Shown here piece after piece: positions 11,801 through 17,937 of a stretch of 32,000 nucleotides of DNA (position 1 is its first letter; each line of letters opens with the position of its first letter). The notes below the pieces were generated by a model that saw only the letters and a list, made by a program, of their open reading frames with translations, was not told the DNA's origin and did no database searches. A program made the position numbers and the translations under genes. Source of the DNA: Coprobacillaceae bacterium (GTDB taxonomy: Bacteria; Bacillota_I; Bacilli_A; Erysipelotrichales; Coprobacillaceae); assembly GCA_963675515.1 (NCBI GenBank), contig OY776328.1, positions 1,860,001 to 1,892,000 of the forward strand. Reading direction: 5' to 3'.

Positions 11801-12388
11801 ATCAAGATATTTTTCCAGGACATCATAGTCCATTACTTCTACTTTTTGGATTTCATGAGATGTTCTGAATCCGTCAAAGAAATGCATAACAGGAACTGAA
11901 GCCTTGATTGCAGCCAAATGTGCAATACCACCTAAGTCCATTACTTCTTGAACCGAATGAGAACAAATCATTGGCATCCCGATTTGACGGCACGCATAAA
12001 TATCTTGGTGGTCACCAAAGATACTCAATGATCTTGTAGCCAAAGATCTTGCTGCAACATGGAAAACACCAGGCAGACATTCACCTTGAATTTTATACAT
12101 GTTTGGAATCATTAACAATAATCCCTGAGAAGCTGTAAATGTTGTTGATAAAGCTCCTCCTTGTAATGCGCCATGGACAGCACCTGCAGCACCTGCTTCA
12201 GATTGCATTTCAATGACATTTACCGGAGTTCCGAAAATATTTTTCTTTCCGTTTGCAGCCCATGCTTCTGCATGTTCAGCCATTGGAGAAGAAGGTGTGA
12301 TTGGATAAATGCTTGCAACTTCAGTAAACGCATATGAGACGTGAGCCGCTGCTTGGTTACCATCCATTGATAAAAACTTTTTAGCCAT
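8855..12388 (-). CDS. nifJ: Pyruvate:ferredoxin (flavodoxin) oxidoreductase, single-polypeptide type
   Basis: 1177 aa. It has two 4Fe-4S ferredoxin motifs (CIQCNTCVMVCP, CVGCGTCMIECP), the TPP-binding GGDGWAYDIGYGG motif, and the N-terminus MDGNQAAAHVSYAFTEVASIYPITPSSPMAE. GAGGAGG Shine-Dalgarno sits before the ATG. Confidence 0.97.
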   Translation of the reverse strand: MAKKFLSMDGNQAAAHVSYAFTEVASIYPITPSSPMAEHAEAWAANGKKNIFGTPVNVIEMQSEAGAAGAVHGALQGGALSTTFTASQGLLLMIPNMYKIQGECLPGVFHVAARSLATRSLSIFGDHQDIYACRQIGMPMICSHSVQEVMDLGGIAHLAAIKASVPVMHFFDGFRTSHEIQKVEVMDYDVLEKYLDKEAVAKFKANALNPHTNPILRGGAENDDIYFQGREAQNAHYDKVVEVVADYMDKISQETGREYAPFTYYGAPDATRVIIAMGSVTETIIETVDAMNRLGEKVGLIKVHLYRPFSAKYLLKVLPETVTSVAVLDRTKEMGATGEPLYLDVVSVLKDVDHVKTIVGGRYGLSSKNTRPQDIKPVYDHIAKEEPFHGFTVGIIDDVTNLSLPADEEFKVVADYSGCLFYGLGSDGTVSANKSSIKIIGDHTDLYSQAYFAYDSKKAGGVTRSNLRFGNSPIKATYYVNQADFISSSLDNYVLKYDMLRDLKEGGTFLLNTEFTPEEIVDYLPNRVKKQLADKKAKFYIINANQIAESIGMGRRTNTILQSAFFAMNPQILPIEDAVSYMKEMAKKSYGAKGDEIVEMNYKAIDAGKDQVVEVPVQAEWSSLTVNTTNTKTGDEYFDEFVSVINSLDGYDLPTSAFTDKLDGSFKTGIAFEEHRAIATQVPKWIKENCIQCNTCVMVCPHATIRAFLLTDEEMAGAPEDISDDVLTPVGKNVEGLHYRIQISPDNCVGCGTCMIECPGKKGVKALEMVPVHAELVHAPLANYLYKETKYRDDKYPAVSAKGVGFKRPYFEVSGACAGCGETPYYRLVTQLFGKDMLIANATGCTSIYCGSTPSSPFTVDENGEGPAWANSLFEDNAEYGFGMRLASNYQEGYILKVMEDNYDALEDDLKAVIDEYRSNKGNREKEREIAPKLIELIDASKNEGIKALKAVERDLVSKSQWIVGGDGWAYDIGYGGVDHVLANDENVNILVLDTEIYSNTGGQSSKSSQAASIAKFTAGGKKGAKKDLAQIAMAYGHVYVAQIAMGANTAQTIKAIKEAEAYDGPSLIIAYSPCQQHGIKGGMAMHQRQEKAAVDCGYFNLFRFDPRLEAEGKNPLQMDSKAPDFTKFQDFLNSETRYAQLARINPVHAQELKEKTESDAVKRRARLDRLAAEVIL

Positions 12389-12431
12389 TTGCTATTTCCT
12401 CCTCTATATTACTGCTCTATTATACTACTTT

Positions 12432-12460
12432 TCTATACACAATAAAAGAAAAATTGACAA
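12432..12460 (-). promoter_or_regulatory. Candidate promoter for the PFOR gene
   Basis: On the minus strand: TTGTCA (12460-12455), a 17-nt spacer, then TATAGA (12437-12432). An alternative perfect TATAAT lies at 12424-12419 but has a poor -35. I cannot decide between them by eye. Confidence 0.35.
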
Positions 12461-12481
12461 TTACCTATCCATTACTTACTT

Positions 12482-12964
12482 TCAATTGTTACGTATCATG
12501 TAATAGGCCGTGAAAATACCTAACAAACTAAAAACGGTTTGAAATAAGCTCGCGCTAAACAAATATTGGAATCCCTGAACATATAAAGAGAGATCAAAAT
12601 AGTTTACAGTACCGACAAAAGAACTGATAATAGTCCCCAGATACAAGCCATATCCCAATATCATTCCCAAGAACAATCCAAAAGCTCCATTTGTAGCTGC
12701 CAGATTGTCTCCGCCATTCCCTTTGTATTTGACAACCCCTTTTGCGGCGGCATATCCAAGCAAAATATAGAAAAAGCTGAAATTTATCCCCAGAGTGTCC
12801 GCAACATTCAAAATCAAAATCAAGCCGGCCACGCCGATCAGCAGCGTGATCAAAAAAGTTATAATATAATCCTTTATGGAAAATCTGTAGCTGTTGTTCT
12901 TGTTAAAATAGGCCCGGGCCTCATTTCTTTGGTTAATCTGTTTCATTTTATCAATTATTTTCAT
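12482..12964 (-). CDS. Hypothetical small polytopic membrane protein (about 160 aa, 4 hydrophobic segments)
   Basis: The ORF-track ORF 12482-12988 begins at a TTG. The ATG at 12964 (MKIIDKMKQ...) follows an AAGGA Shine-Dalgarno and overlaps the end of galU by 14 nt. The N-terminus is basic, then come TM segments (ITFLITLLIGVAGLILIL, FFYILLGYAAA, AFGLFLGMILGYGLYLGTII, VFSLLGIFTAYYMI). I recognise no family. Confidence 0.6.
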   Translation of the reverse strand: MKIIDKMKQINQRNEARAYFNKNNSYRFSIKDYIITFLITLLIGVAGLILILNVADTLGINFSFFYILLGYAAAKGVVKYKGNGGDNLAATNGAFGLFLGMILGYGLYLGTIISSFVGTVNYFDLSLYVQGFQYLFSASLFQTVFSLLGIFTAYYMIRNN

Positions 12965-13850
12965 AAATTTCCTTAGCCTTTTCGACAATATATTGTTCGA
13001 CCTGCTCCTTTAGATTATCCCTGGCCAAAGCGAAGTCAATAGTGGCCTTGATGAAACCGAACTTGTCGCCAACATCGTATCGGACCCCTTCAAAATCATA
13101 CGCATATACTGCCTGGCGATCCATAAGACGCATGATTGCATCAGTGAGCTGGATTTCATTTCCCGCACCAGCCGGTTGTGTTTCAAGCAAATCAAATATT
13201 TCCGGATTTAGTACATAACGACCCAATACAGCCATATCGCTTGGCGCCTTGTCAATATCCGGCTTTTCAACAATGCCTGCCAGTTTTACCAGACGACCTT
13301 TGGCAGCATGCGACAGCGATGGTTCCACAATCCCGTACTTGTTCACCAGTTCATGAGCAACTTTTTGAACCCCGACAACCGATGCTTCTGTTTGTTCATA
13401 AGCATCTATGAGCTGTTTCAATGCCGGGTTCCTGTCATTGACGACAATGTCATCTCCAAGCAACACCGCAAATGGCTCGTCACCAATGAAAGACTTGGCG
13501 CAAAGAACGGCGTGCCCCAGACCTTTTGGCTCTTTTTGACGGATATAATAGATATTGGCCATATCGGCAATATCCGTAATCATCTTGACTTCACTGTTCT
13601 TGCCACTTTGTTTCAACCGTTCCTCTAACTCATAATTACGGTCAAAATGATTTTCCATGGCATGTTTATTGCTGTTGGTTATGATCAGGATTTCCTCTAT
13701 CCCACTTCTGACAGCTTCTTCGACTATGTATTGGATAGTTGGAACATCTACTATCGGCAACATTTCCTTTGCCAGCGCTTTGGTCGCCGGCAAAAACCTG
13801 GTCCCCAAACCCGCTGCTGGAATTATTGCTTTTCTTACTCTTTTTTTCAT
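12951..13850 (-). CDS. galU: UTP--glucose-1-phosphate uridylyltransferase
   Basis: The protein starts MKKRVRKAIIPAAGLGTRFLPATKALAKEMLPIVDVPTIQYIVEEA and contains the VGDEPFAVLLGDD motif. The start is moved to ATG 13850 (GGAG lies 7 nt upstream); the track start at 13862 is a TTG. Confidence 0.95.
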   Translation of the reverse strand: MKKRVRKAIIPAAGLGTRFLPATKALAKEMLPIVDVPTIQYIVEEAVRSGIEEILIITNSNKHAMENHFDRNYELEERLKQSGKNSEVKMITDIADMANIYYIRQKEPKGLGHAVLCAKSFIGDEPFAVLLGDDIVVNDRNPALKQLIDAYEQTEASVVGVQKVAHELVNKYGIVEPSLSHAAKGRLVKLAGIVEKPDIDKAPSDMAVLGRYVLNPEIFDLLETQPAGAGNEIQLTDAIMRLMDRQAVYAYDFEGVRYDVGDKFGFIKATIDFALARDNLKEQVEQYIVEKAKEIYENN

Positions 13851-13865
13851 AATCTTCTCCAATTT

Positions 13866-14480
13866 CTAACTGGTTTCTCTTTTATATAATGGATAAAAAC
13901 GTTCAAGGATAAACATGATGATTATTCCCCCTATATAGCCACCCAGATGTCCGACCAGGGAAATAGACGGCACCGAAACAGATATGAACAAGTTTAAAAA
14001 CAAAATAGGGATCAGCTGATTGAAAATCCTTTTGAAAACATCCCTGTATCTGAAACTAAGATAGGTGAATGCCCCCAGATAAGAAAAGATAACTCCGCTT
14101 ATCCCACCCAAAACAGTATTGGCTCCAAAACCATTGATGAAATAAATCAACAGCGGTATGGATGTCGTGAACAAGAGGCTGAAGATCGTTAGCAACAAAA
14201 AGCGCTTGAAGCGGATCACATATTCCAGAAACATTCCAAAGGCATATAGAGAATAACAGTTTGCAAGCAGATGGAATATACCAAAATGGATAAAATTTGC
14301 AGTAAGCAGGCGATAATACTGATGGTAATATACGACATAAAGCGGATTGAATCCGCCAGCCTCTATTCCCTCAACTGCATTCATCGACATGCCGTATTTG
14401 AATGTCGTGTACAAATAGATCACAAAACAAATCAAAATAAGGCCTGCAGTAATTTTAGATTGCTGTAATCTGCTCATCAT
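13866..14480 (-). CDS. Rhomboid-family intramembrane serine protease
   Basis: Rhomboid signatures are present: HFGIFHLLAN, the G-x-S-G catalytic motif (GGISGVIFSYLGA) and the catalytic His region (VGHLGGYIGG). The start is set at ATG 14480, 5 nt after a strong AGGAGG; the track start at 14531 is an upstream extension. Confidence 0.85.
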   Translation of the reverse strand: MMSRLQQSKITAGLILICFVIYLYTTFKYGMSMNAVEGIEAGGFNPLYVVYYHQYYRLLTANFIHFGIFHLLANCYSLYAFGMFLEYVIRFKRFLLLTIFSLLFTTSIPLLIYFINGFGANTVLGGISGVIFSYLGAFTYLSFRYRDVFKRIFNQLIPILFLNLFISVSVPSISLVGHLGGYIGGIIIMFILERFYPLYKRETS

Positions 14481-15474
14481 CGCTTCCTCCTGGAATAAAA
14501 TCGAAAATTGACATTTGAGTGAACTCTTCAAGGTTGACTATGCATAATCTTCGATTCTTTTCGTAAATATACTCAAAACTAAACTCACTGTCACTATCAA
14601 CCGGATTGAACTTGACATAATGCTGTTCTAGAAGTTTTTGATTTCCGGTGCACTTGTTGTTGACTACAAAAATCCGGGTCCATTTGAATGTCAAATTCTG
14701 AATCGCGTTGAACCACGTCAGACCGCTGTTCAACTTACTTGACATAATGATCCTGAAATCGCTAAAACGCGAGGAAAGTCCATCACTGACAATTTCATTG
14801 GTCGGATCATAAATTGAATTCGGTTCGAATTGGGACAGGATAACCATTTTTTTATTTTTCAATTGATCCTGGTATCTGTTCAACAATTCAAAATAATCGT
14901 TATACACAATCAAAACGATATTGACATTGTGCTTCAACGCAAGATTGAAACCGAGCTGGTCTACCCCTTTTTCCCCAATGCTGATATATGGCTTATTCTC
15001 TTTTTTCATCTTTAAAACCAGCTGCTCGATTATTCTTCGCTCATCACTCATGCAATCAGTCAAACCCGAAATGCGGATACCCTTGACTACATTATTTAGC
15101 GAACCAGAATAATACAGAAAAAAAGCTGATTTATCCTTACCCTTCTGCTTAATGAAAAAAGGGAATTCCCTATCAAATTTGGTAACAACGTATATTCCTC
15201 TTGTCGCCAGACTATCCAAATATCTTAAAACCGCACCGATTTCCTGCAATCGGTTCTTGGCTTTCATGACCAATTCCTCTCCCAGACTCAGCCGCTCGAC
15301 AATAGCGTCACAATCATTTTCCATCAGTTCACTGATGCCAGAAAAACCAAAAATCCTGAAATCCCGTTCCAAAGCAAGGTATTCGCGATAACTTAGATGA
15401 GGATGCTCGAAACACTGACTTTCCATAGTCAGCGCCAAAAGCACAATCGATTCAATGTCGGATTTTTTCAACAT
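14455..15474 (-). CDS. Divergent DprA/Smf-like (SLOG-fold) protein
   Basis: 339 aa from ATG 15474; GGAG lies 9 nt upstream, and the track start at 15510 is a TTG inside ansA. The layout resembles DprA. There is an N-terminal helical region and an L..RGIYVVTKFDREFPFFIKQ block (compare the DprA gi-x-vit-x-D-x-YP-x-L). There is also a Rossmann-like core ISIGEKGVDQLGFNLALKHNVNIVLIV (compare SGxAxGID...AH..AL) and a later SSKLNSGLTWFNAIQNL...IFVV segment. The usual DprA motifs are degenerate. Confidence 0.5.
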   Translation of the reverse strand: MLKKSDIESIVLLALTMESQCFEHPHLSYREYLALERDFRIFGFSGISELMENDCDAIVERLSLGEELVMKAKNRLQEIGAVLRYLDSLATRGIYVVTKFDREFPFFIKQKGKDKSAFFLYYSGSLNNVVKGIRISGLTDCMSDERRIIEQLVLKMKKENKPYISIGEKGVDQLGFNLALKHNVNIVLIVYNDYFELLNRYQDQLKNKKMVILSQFEPNSIYDPTNEIVSDGLSSRFSDFRIIMSSKLNSGLTWFNAIQNLTFKWTRIFVVNNKCTGNQKLLEQHYVKFNPVDSDSEFSFEYIYEKNRRLCIVNLEEFTQMSIFDFIPGGSDDEQITAI

Positions 15475-15475
15475 A

Positions 15476-16456
15476 TCAGTATTCTCCAAAAATTCTTTTG
15501 ATTTCACCAATATCGCGAGTCATACAAAGCGCCAGCATCAACAATACCCTAGCCTTAGGACCGGTCAGAGTGTTGGCGCTGATGCAACGGTTGCTAGGAT
15601 CAAAATGGATATTTTCAAACACCATTCCATTGTTGACCCGTGAAGCCCGGACGATTACTTTGCCCTTTTCAATCAGGCTTTCAATAGTGGCAATCCACTC
15701 TTTGGAGTAGTTTCCTGTTCCACTTCCAACAATAACCATACCATCCTTGTCCTGGGCAATCTTTTCCAAATCTTCTGCAGGTGCACCAACGTAGAAATAA
15801 CTAATCCCGACCGCAGGTAGTCTTTCCAAGTGCACTTGAGAGAACTCAGAAGTATATGTGTGACGCTTGTATGTTTTTGAAAAAAGGTAAGGTTTTTCAT
15901 CAAGCATGTACCCTAAACAGCCAAAATCTCTTTTAGAAAAAGCGTCAGTCTTGAAATTATTCTCCTTTTGGATATCACGTGACGAGTATATGGTATTGGA
16001 AAAGACCGCCACAACCCCCATTCCGATTGCTTGATCGGAACTTGCAAGAGCGATAGCCTGATACAGATTCATCGGACCATCAGGACTTGTTGCCGTAGCC
16101 GGTCGCATCGCCCCAGTCAAAACAACCGGTTTGGATGTCCCGCATACAAGATTAAGAAAAAAAGCTGTCTCATCCAGCGTATCGGTGCCGTGGGTTATTA
16201 CAATACCTGTGATATCGTCCCTACTTGCAACTTCGTTTACCGTGTTTTTGAGCTTAAGCCAATCGTCCAAAGAAAGATCGTTGCTATCCACATTGAACAA
16301 TTGGATGGCTTCTACTTTTGCAAATTCACCGATATTCCCAACAGTGGAAATAATTTCGTCAATGTTTATTTGCCCCGCCTCATATAGTTTGGACTTCCCC
16401 ACAGCGCCAGTTCCAACTATTGTCCCGCCGGTCGCGATTACCATTATTTTTTTCAT
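15476..16456 (-). CDS. ansA: L-asparaginase (type I-like)
   Basis: 326 aa. The N-terminal catalytic motif VIATGGTIVG and the second motif ITHGTDTLDETAFFL are both present. Confidence 0.9.
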   Translation of the reverse strand: MKKIMVIATGGTIVGTGAVGKSKLYEAGQINIDEIISTVGNIGEFAKVEAIQLFNVDSNDLSLDDWLKLKNTVNEVASRDDITGIVITHGTDTLDETAFFLNLVCGTSKPVVLTGAMRPATATSPDGPMNLYQAIALASSDQAIGMGVVAVFSNTIYSSRDIQKENNFKTDAFSKRDFGCLGYMLDEKPYLFSKTYKRHTYTSEFSQVHLERLPAVGISYFYVGAPAEDLEKIAQDKDGMVIVGSGTGNYSKEWIATIESLIEKGKVIVRASRVNNGMVFENIHFDPSNRCISANTLTGPKARVLLMLALCMTRDIGEIKRIFGEY

Positions 16457-16655
16457 AGCTCCAACCTTTCCCTGATATAAACACCCTAGGCCAACTCAAA
16501 CCATCCCAAATTGACATAGTTTATCTTAAATTAATTAAAATTATTAGGAATCATGTCACGTTATGCGATTTGTTATTGTCCACCATTTAAGTAATATTAT
16601 ACTAATTTTTTAGGATAATTACTACCCATTGATGTAAATAATTCCTAAAGCCATG

Positions 16656-16681
16656 GAAAAACACCCCGCAATGCAAGGTGT
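16656..16681 (-). terminator. Rho-independent terminator after the sugar kinase gene
   Basis: On the minus strand: ACACCTTGC-ATT-GCGGGGTGT (a 9-bp stem including two G-U pairs), then TTTTT. It starts at the stop codon. Confidence 0.65.
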
Positions 16682-17634
16682 CATTTATCAATCATTTCTT
16701 CAATTTCATATCGATTCGGCATTACCATCAGCGCACCTTTTCGGGTTGTTATGATGGACGCGGCAGCATTGGCATAAAGAAGCATCTCTTTTAGGGTTTT
16801 CTCGTCAAATTTATCCAATCCGACTTTCAAAACGAAATCCAACACAGTGCCACAGAAAGTGTCTCCTGCACCGGTCGTTTCAATTGTTCCTTCATTGACA
16901 AAGCCCGGCACTGCCACGACAATATCATTGTAGTAAGCCCGCGAACCTTCTTTTCCAAGCGTCACCAAAATCAAGTCAATATCGAAACGCTCCTTGATCC
17001 ATGCCACTCCTTGGTCATAGTCATCAATCCCTGTCAGCCAGACAATCTCATTATCAGATATTTTAAGGATGTCCGCATACTCGAGACCTTTCAAGACAGC
17101 CTGTTTGGCTTGCTCAAGATTATCCCACAGCGGCTCCCTCAAATTGGGATCAAAAGAAATCAGACAGCCACTGTTTTTTGCGATATCCAAGGCCTTCAAA
17201 GTCGCCTCTTTGACCTGGTCATGGGTCATCGACAATGTTCCAAAATGGAATATCCTCGATTTGGAAATCAGCGATTCATACACTTCGTCAGCCCTTAACA
17301 TCATATCGGCTCCCGGATTGCGATAAAAAGAAAAATCCCGGTCACCGTTTTCAAAATTATGGACAAAAGCCAAAGTGGTATGTACAGTTTCATCCAGCAG
17401 CAAATTTGAAGTGTCTATCCCCAATCCACCAACCCGCTTTTTCAATTCCTTGCCAAGCGTATCGTTTCCCACTTTACCAATAAAGGCTGTCTTGTTTCCA
17501 AGATTGCTCAGCATGGCCAACACGTTGCAAGGGGCACCGCCAGGATTGGCTTCAAACAACTGGTTCCCCTGTTTGGACATCCCACTTTCCGTAAAATCGA
17601 TAAGCAACTCCCCTAAAGCCGTCACATCAAACAT
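16681..17634 (-). CDS. PfkB-family carbohydrate kinase (fructokinase-like)
   Basis: 317 aa from ATG 17634 (AAAGGAG lies 7 nt upstream). The protein starts MFDVTALGELLIDFTESG, contains NPGGAPCNV, and has the C-terminal PfkB motif TTGAGDTFCG. Confidence 0.85.
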   Translation of the reverse strand: MFDVTALGELLIDFTESGMSKQGNQLFEANPGGAPCNVLAMLSNLGNKTAFIGKVGNDTLGKELKKRVGGLGIDTSNLLLDETVHTTLAFVHNFENGDRDFSFYRNPGADMMLRADEVYESLISKSRIFHFGTLSMTHDQVKEATLKALDIAKNSGCLISFDPNLREPLWDNLEQAKQAVLKGLEYADILKISDNEIVWLTGIDDYDQGVAWIKERFDIDLILVTLGKEGSRAYYNDIVVAVPGFVNEGTIETTGAGDTFCGTVLDFVLKVGLDKFDEKTLKEMLLYANAAASIITTRKGALMVMPNRYEIEEMIDK

Positions 17635-17710
17635 CACAATTCTCCTTTCATAATCCATTTCATTTTATTTCATTTATCCGCCTTTGTAAACCACTTTATG
17701 CCAAGATATA

Positions 17711-17860
17711 TCATTCGCGTCTTTTCTGCCCCGCCATAATAAAATATATGCTCACACCCAAAATTATCATATAGAGCACCAGATTCACCTGAAATACAAA
17801 ATTGTCGAAAACAAACAAAATCACAAATATCACAACACCTGTCATTATCTGCCAATTCAT
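17711..17860 (-). CDS. Small hydrophobic protein, 49 aa (two predicted TM helices)
   Basis: Below the size cut-off of the ORF track. GGAGG (17872-17868) is followed by a 7-nt spacer and ATG 17860. Translation: MNWQIMTGVVIFVILFVFDNFVFQVNLVLYMIILGVSIYFIMAGQKRRE, with stop TGA at 17713-17711. There is no terminator before the downstream kinase gene. Confidence 0.5.
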   Translation of the reverse strand: MNWQIMTGVVIFVILFVFDNFVFQVNLVLYMIILGVSIYFIMAGQKRRE

Positions 17861-17905
17861 CAGATCACCTCCGATATTAATGCAAAAAATAAGACAAGTT
17901 TACTT

Positions 17906-17934
17906 GAAAAAAGCCCTTAAATAAGGGCTTTTCA
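17906..17934 (-). terminator. Rho-independent terminator after ppdK
   Basis: AAAGCCCTTA-TT-TAAGGGCTTT hairpin followed by a T-run on the minus strand, 4 nt after the stop. Confidence 0.8.
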
Positions 17935-17937
17935 AGA

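Noticed and set aside
15475-15510. N-terminal extensions of the track ORFs that start at TTG/GTG and overlap the upstream gene (also 12965-12988, 13851-13862, 14481-14531, 17635-17658, 28391-28399, 30393-30413)
   Set aside because: In every case an in-frame ATG with a properly spaced Shine-Dalgarno lies just downstream. The family-conserved N-terminus also starts there. The extensions are artefacts of longest-ORF calling.
16457-16655. About 200-nt region upstream of ansA, containing a TATAAT box about 140 nt before the ATG; considered as a riboswitch or T-box leader
   Set aside because: It has no T-box specifier or antiterminator motif, no recognisable riboswitch core, and no terminator/antiterminator alternative hairpins that I can see. 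It is left as an unexplained long leader.
17670-17855. 61-aa Cys-rich ORF (MADNDRCCDICDFVCFRQFC...)
   Set aside because: It has no SD. It overlaps, out of frame, the 49-aa hydrophobic ORF that does have GGAGG-7nt-ATG. Its Cys content is a by-product of the TGT/TTG-rich hydrophobic coding frame.
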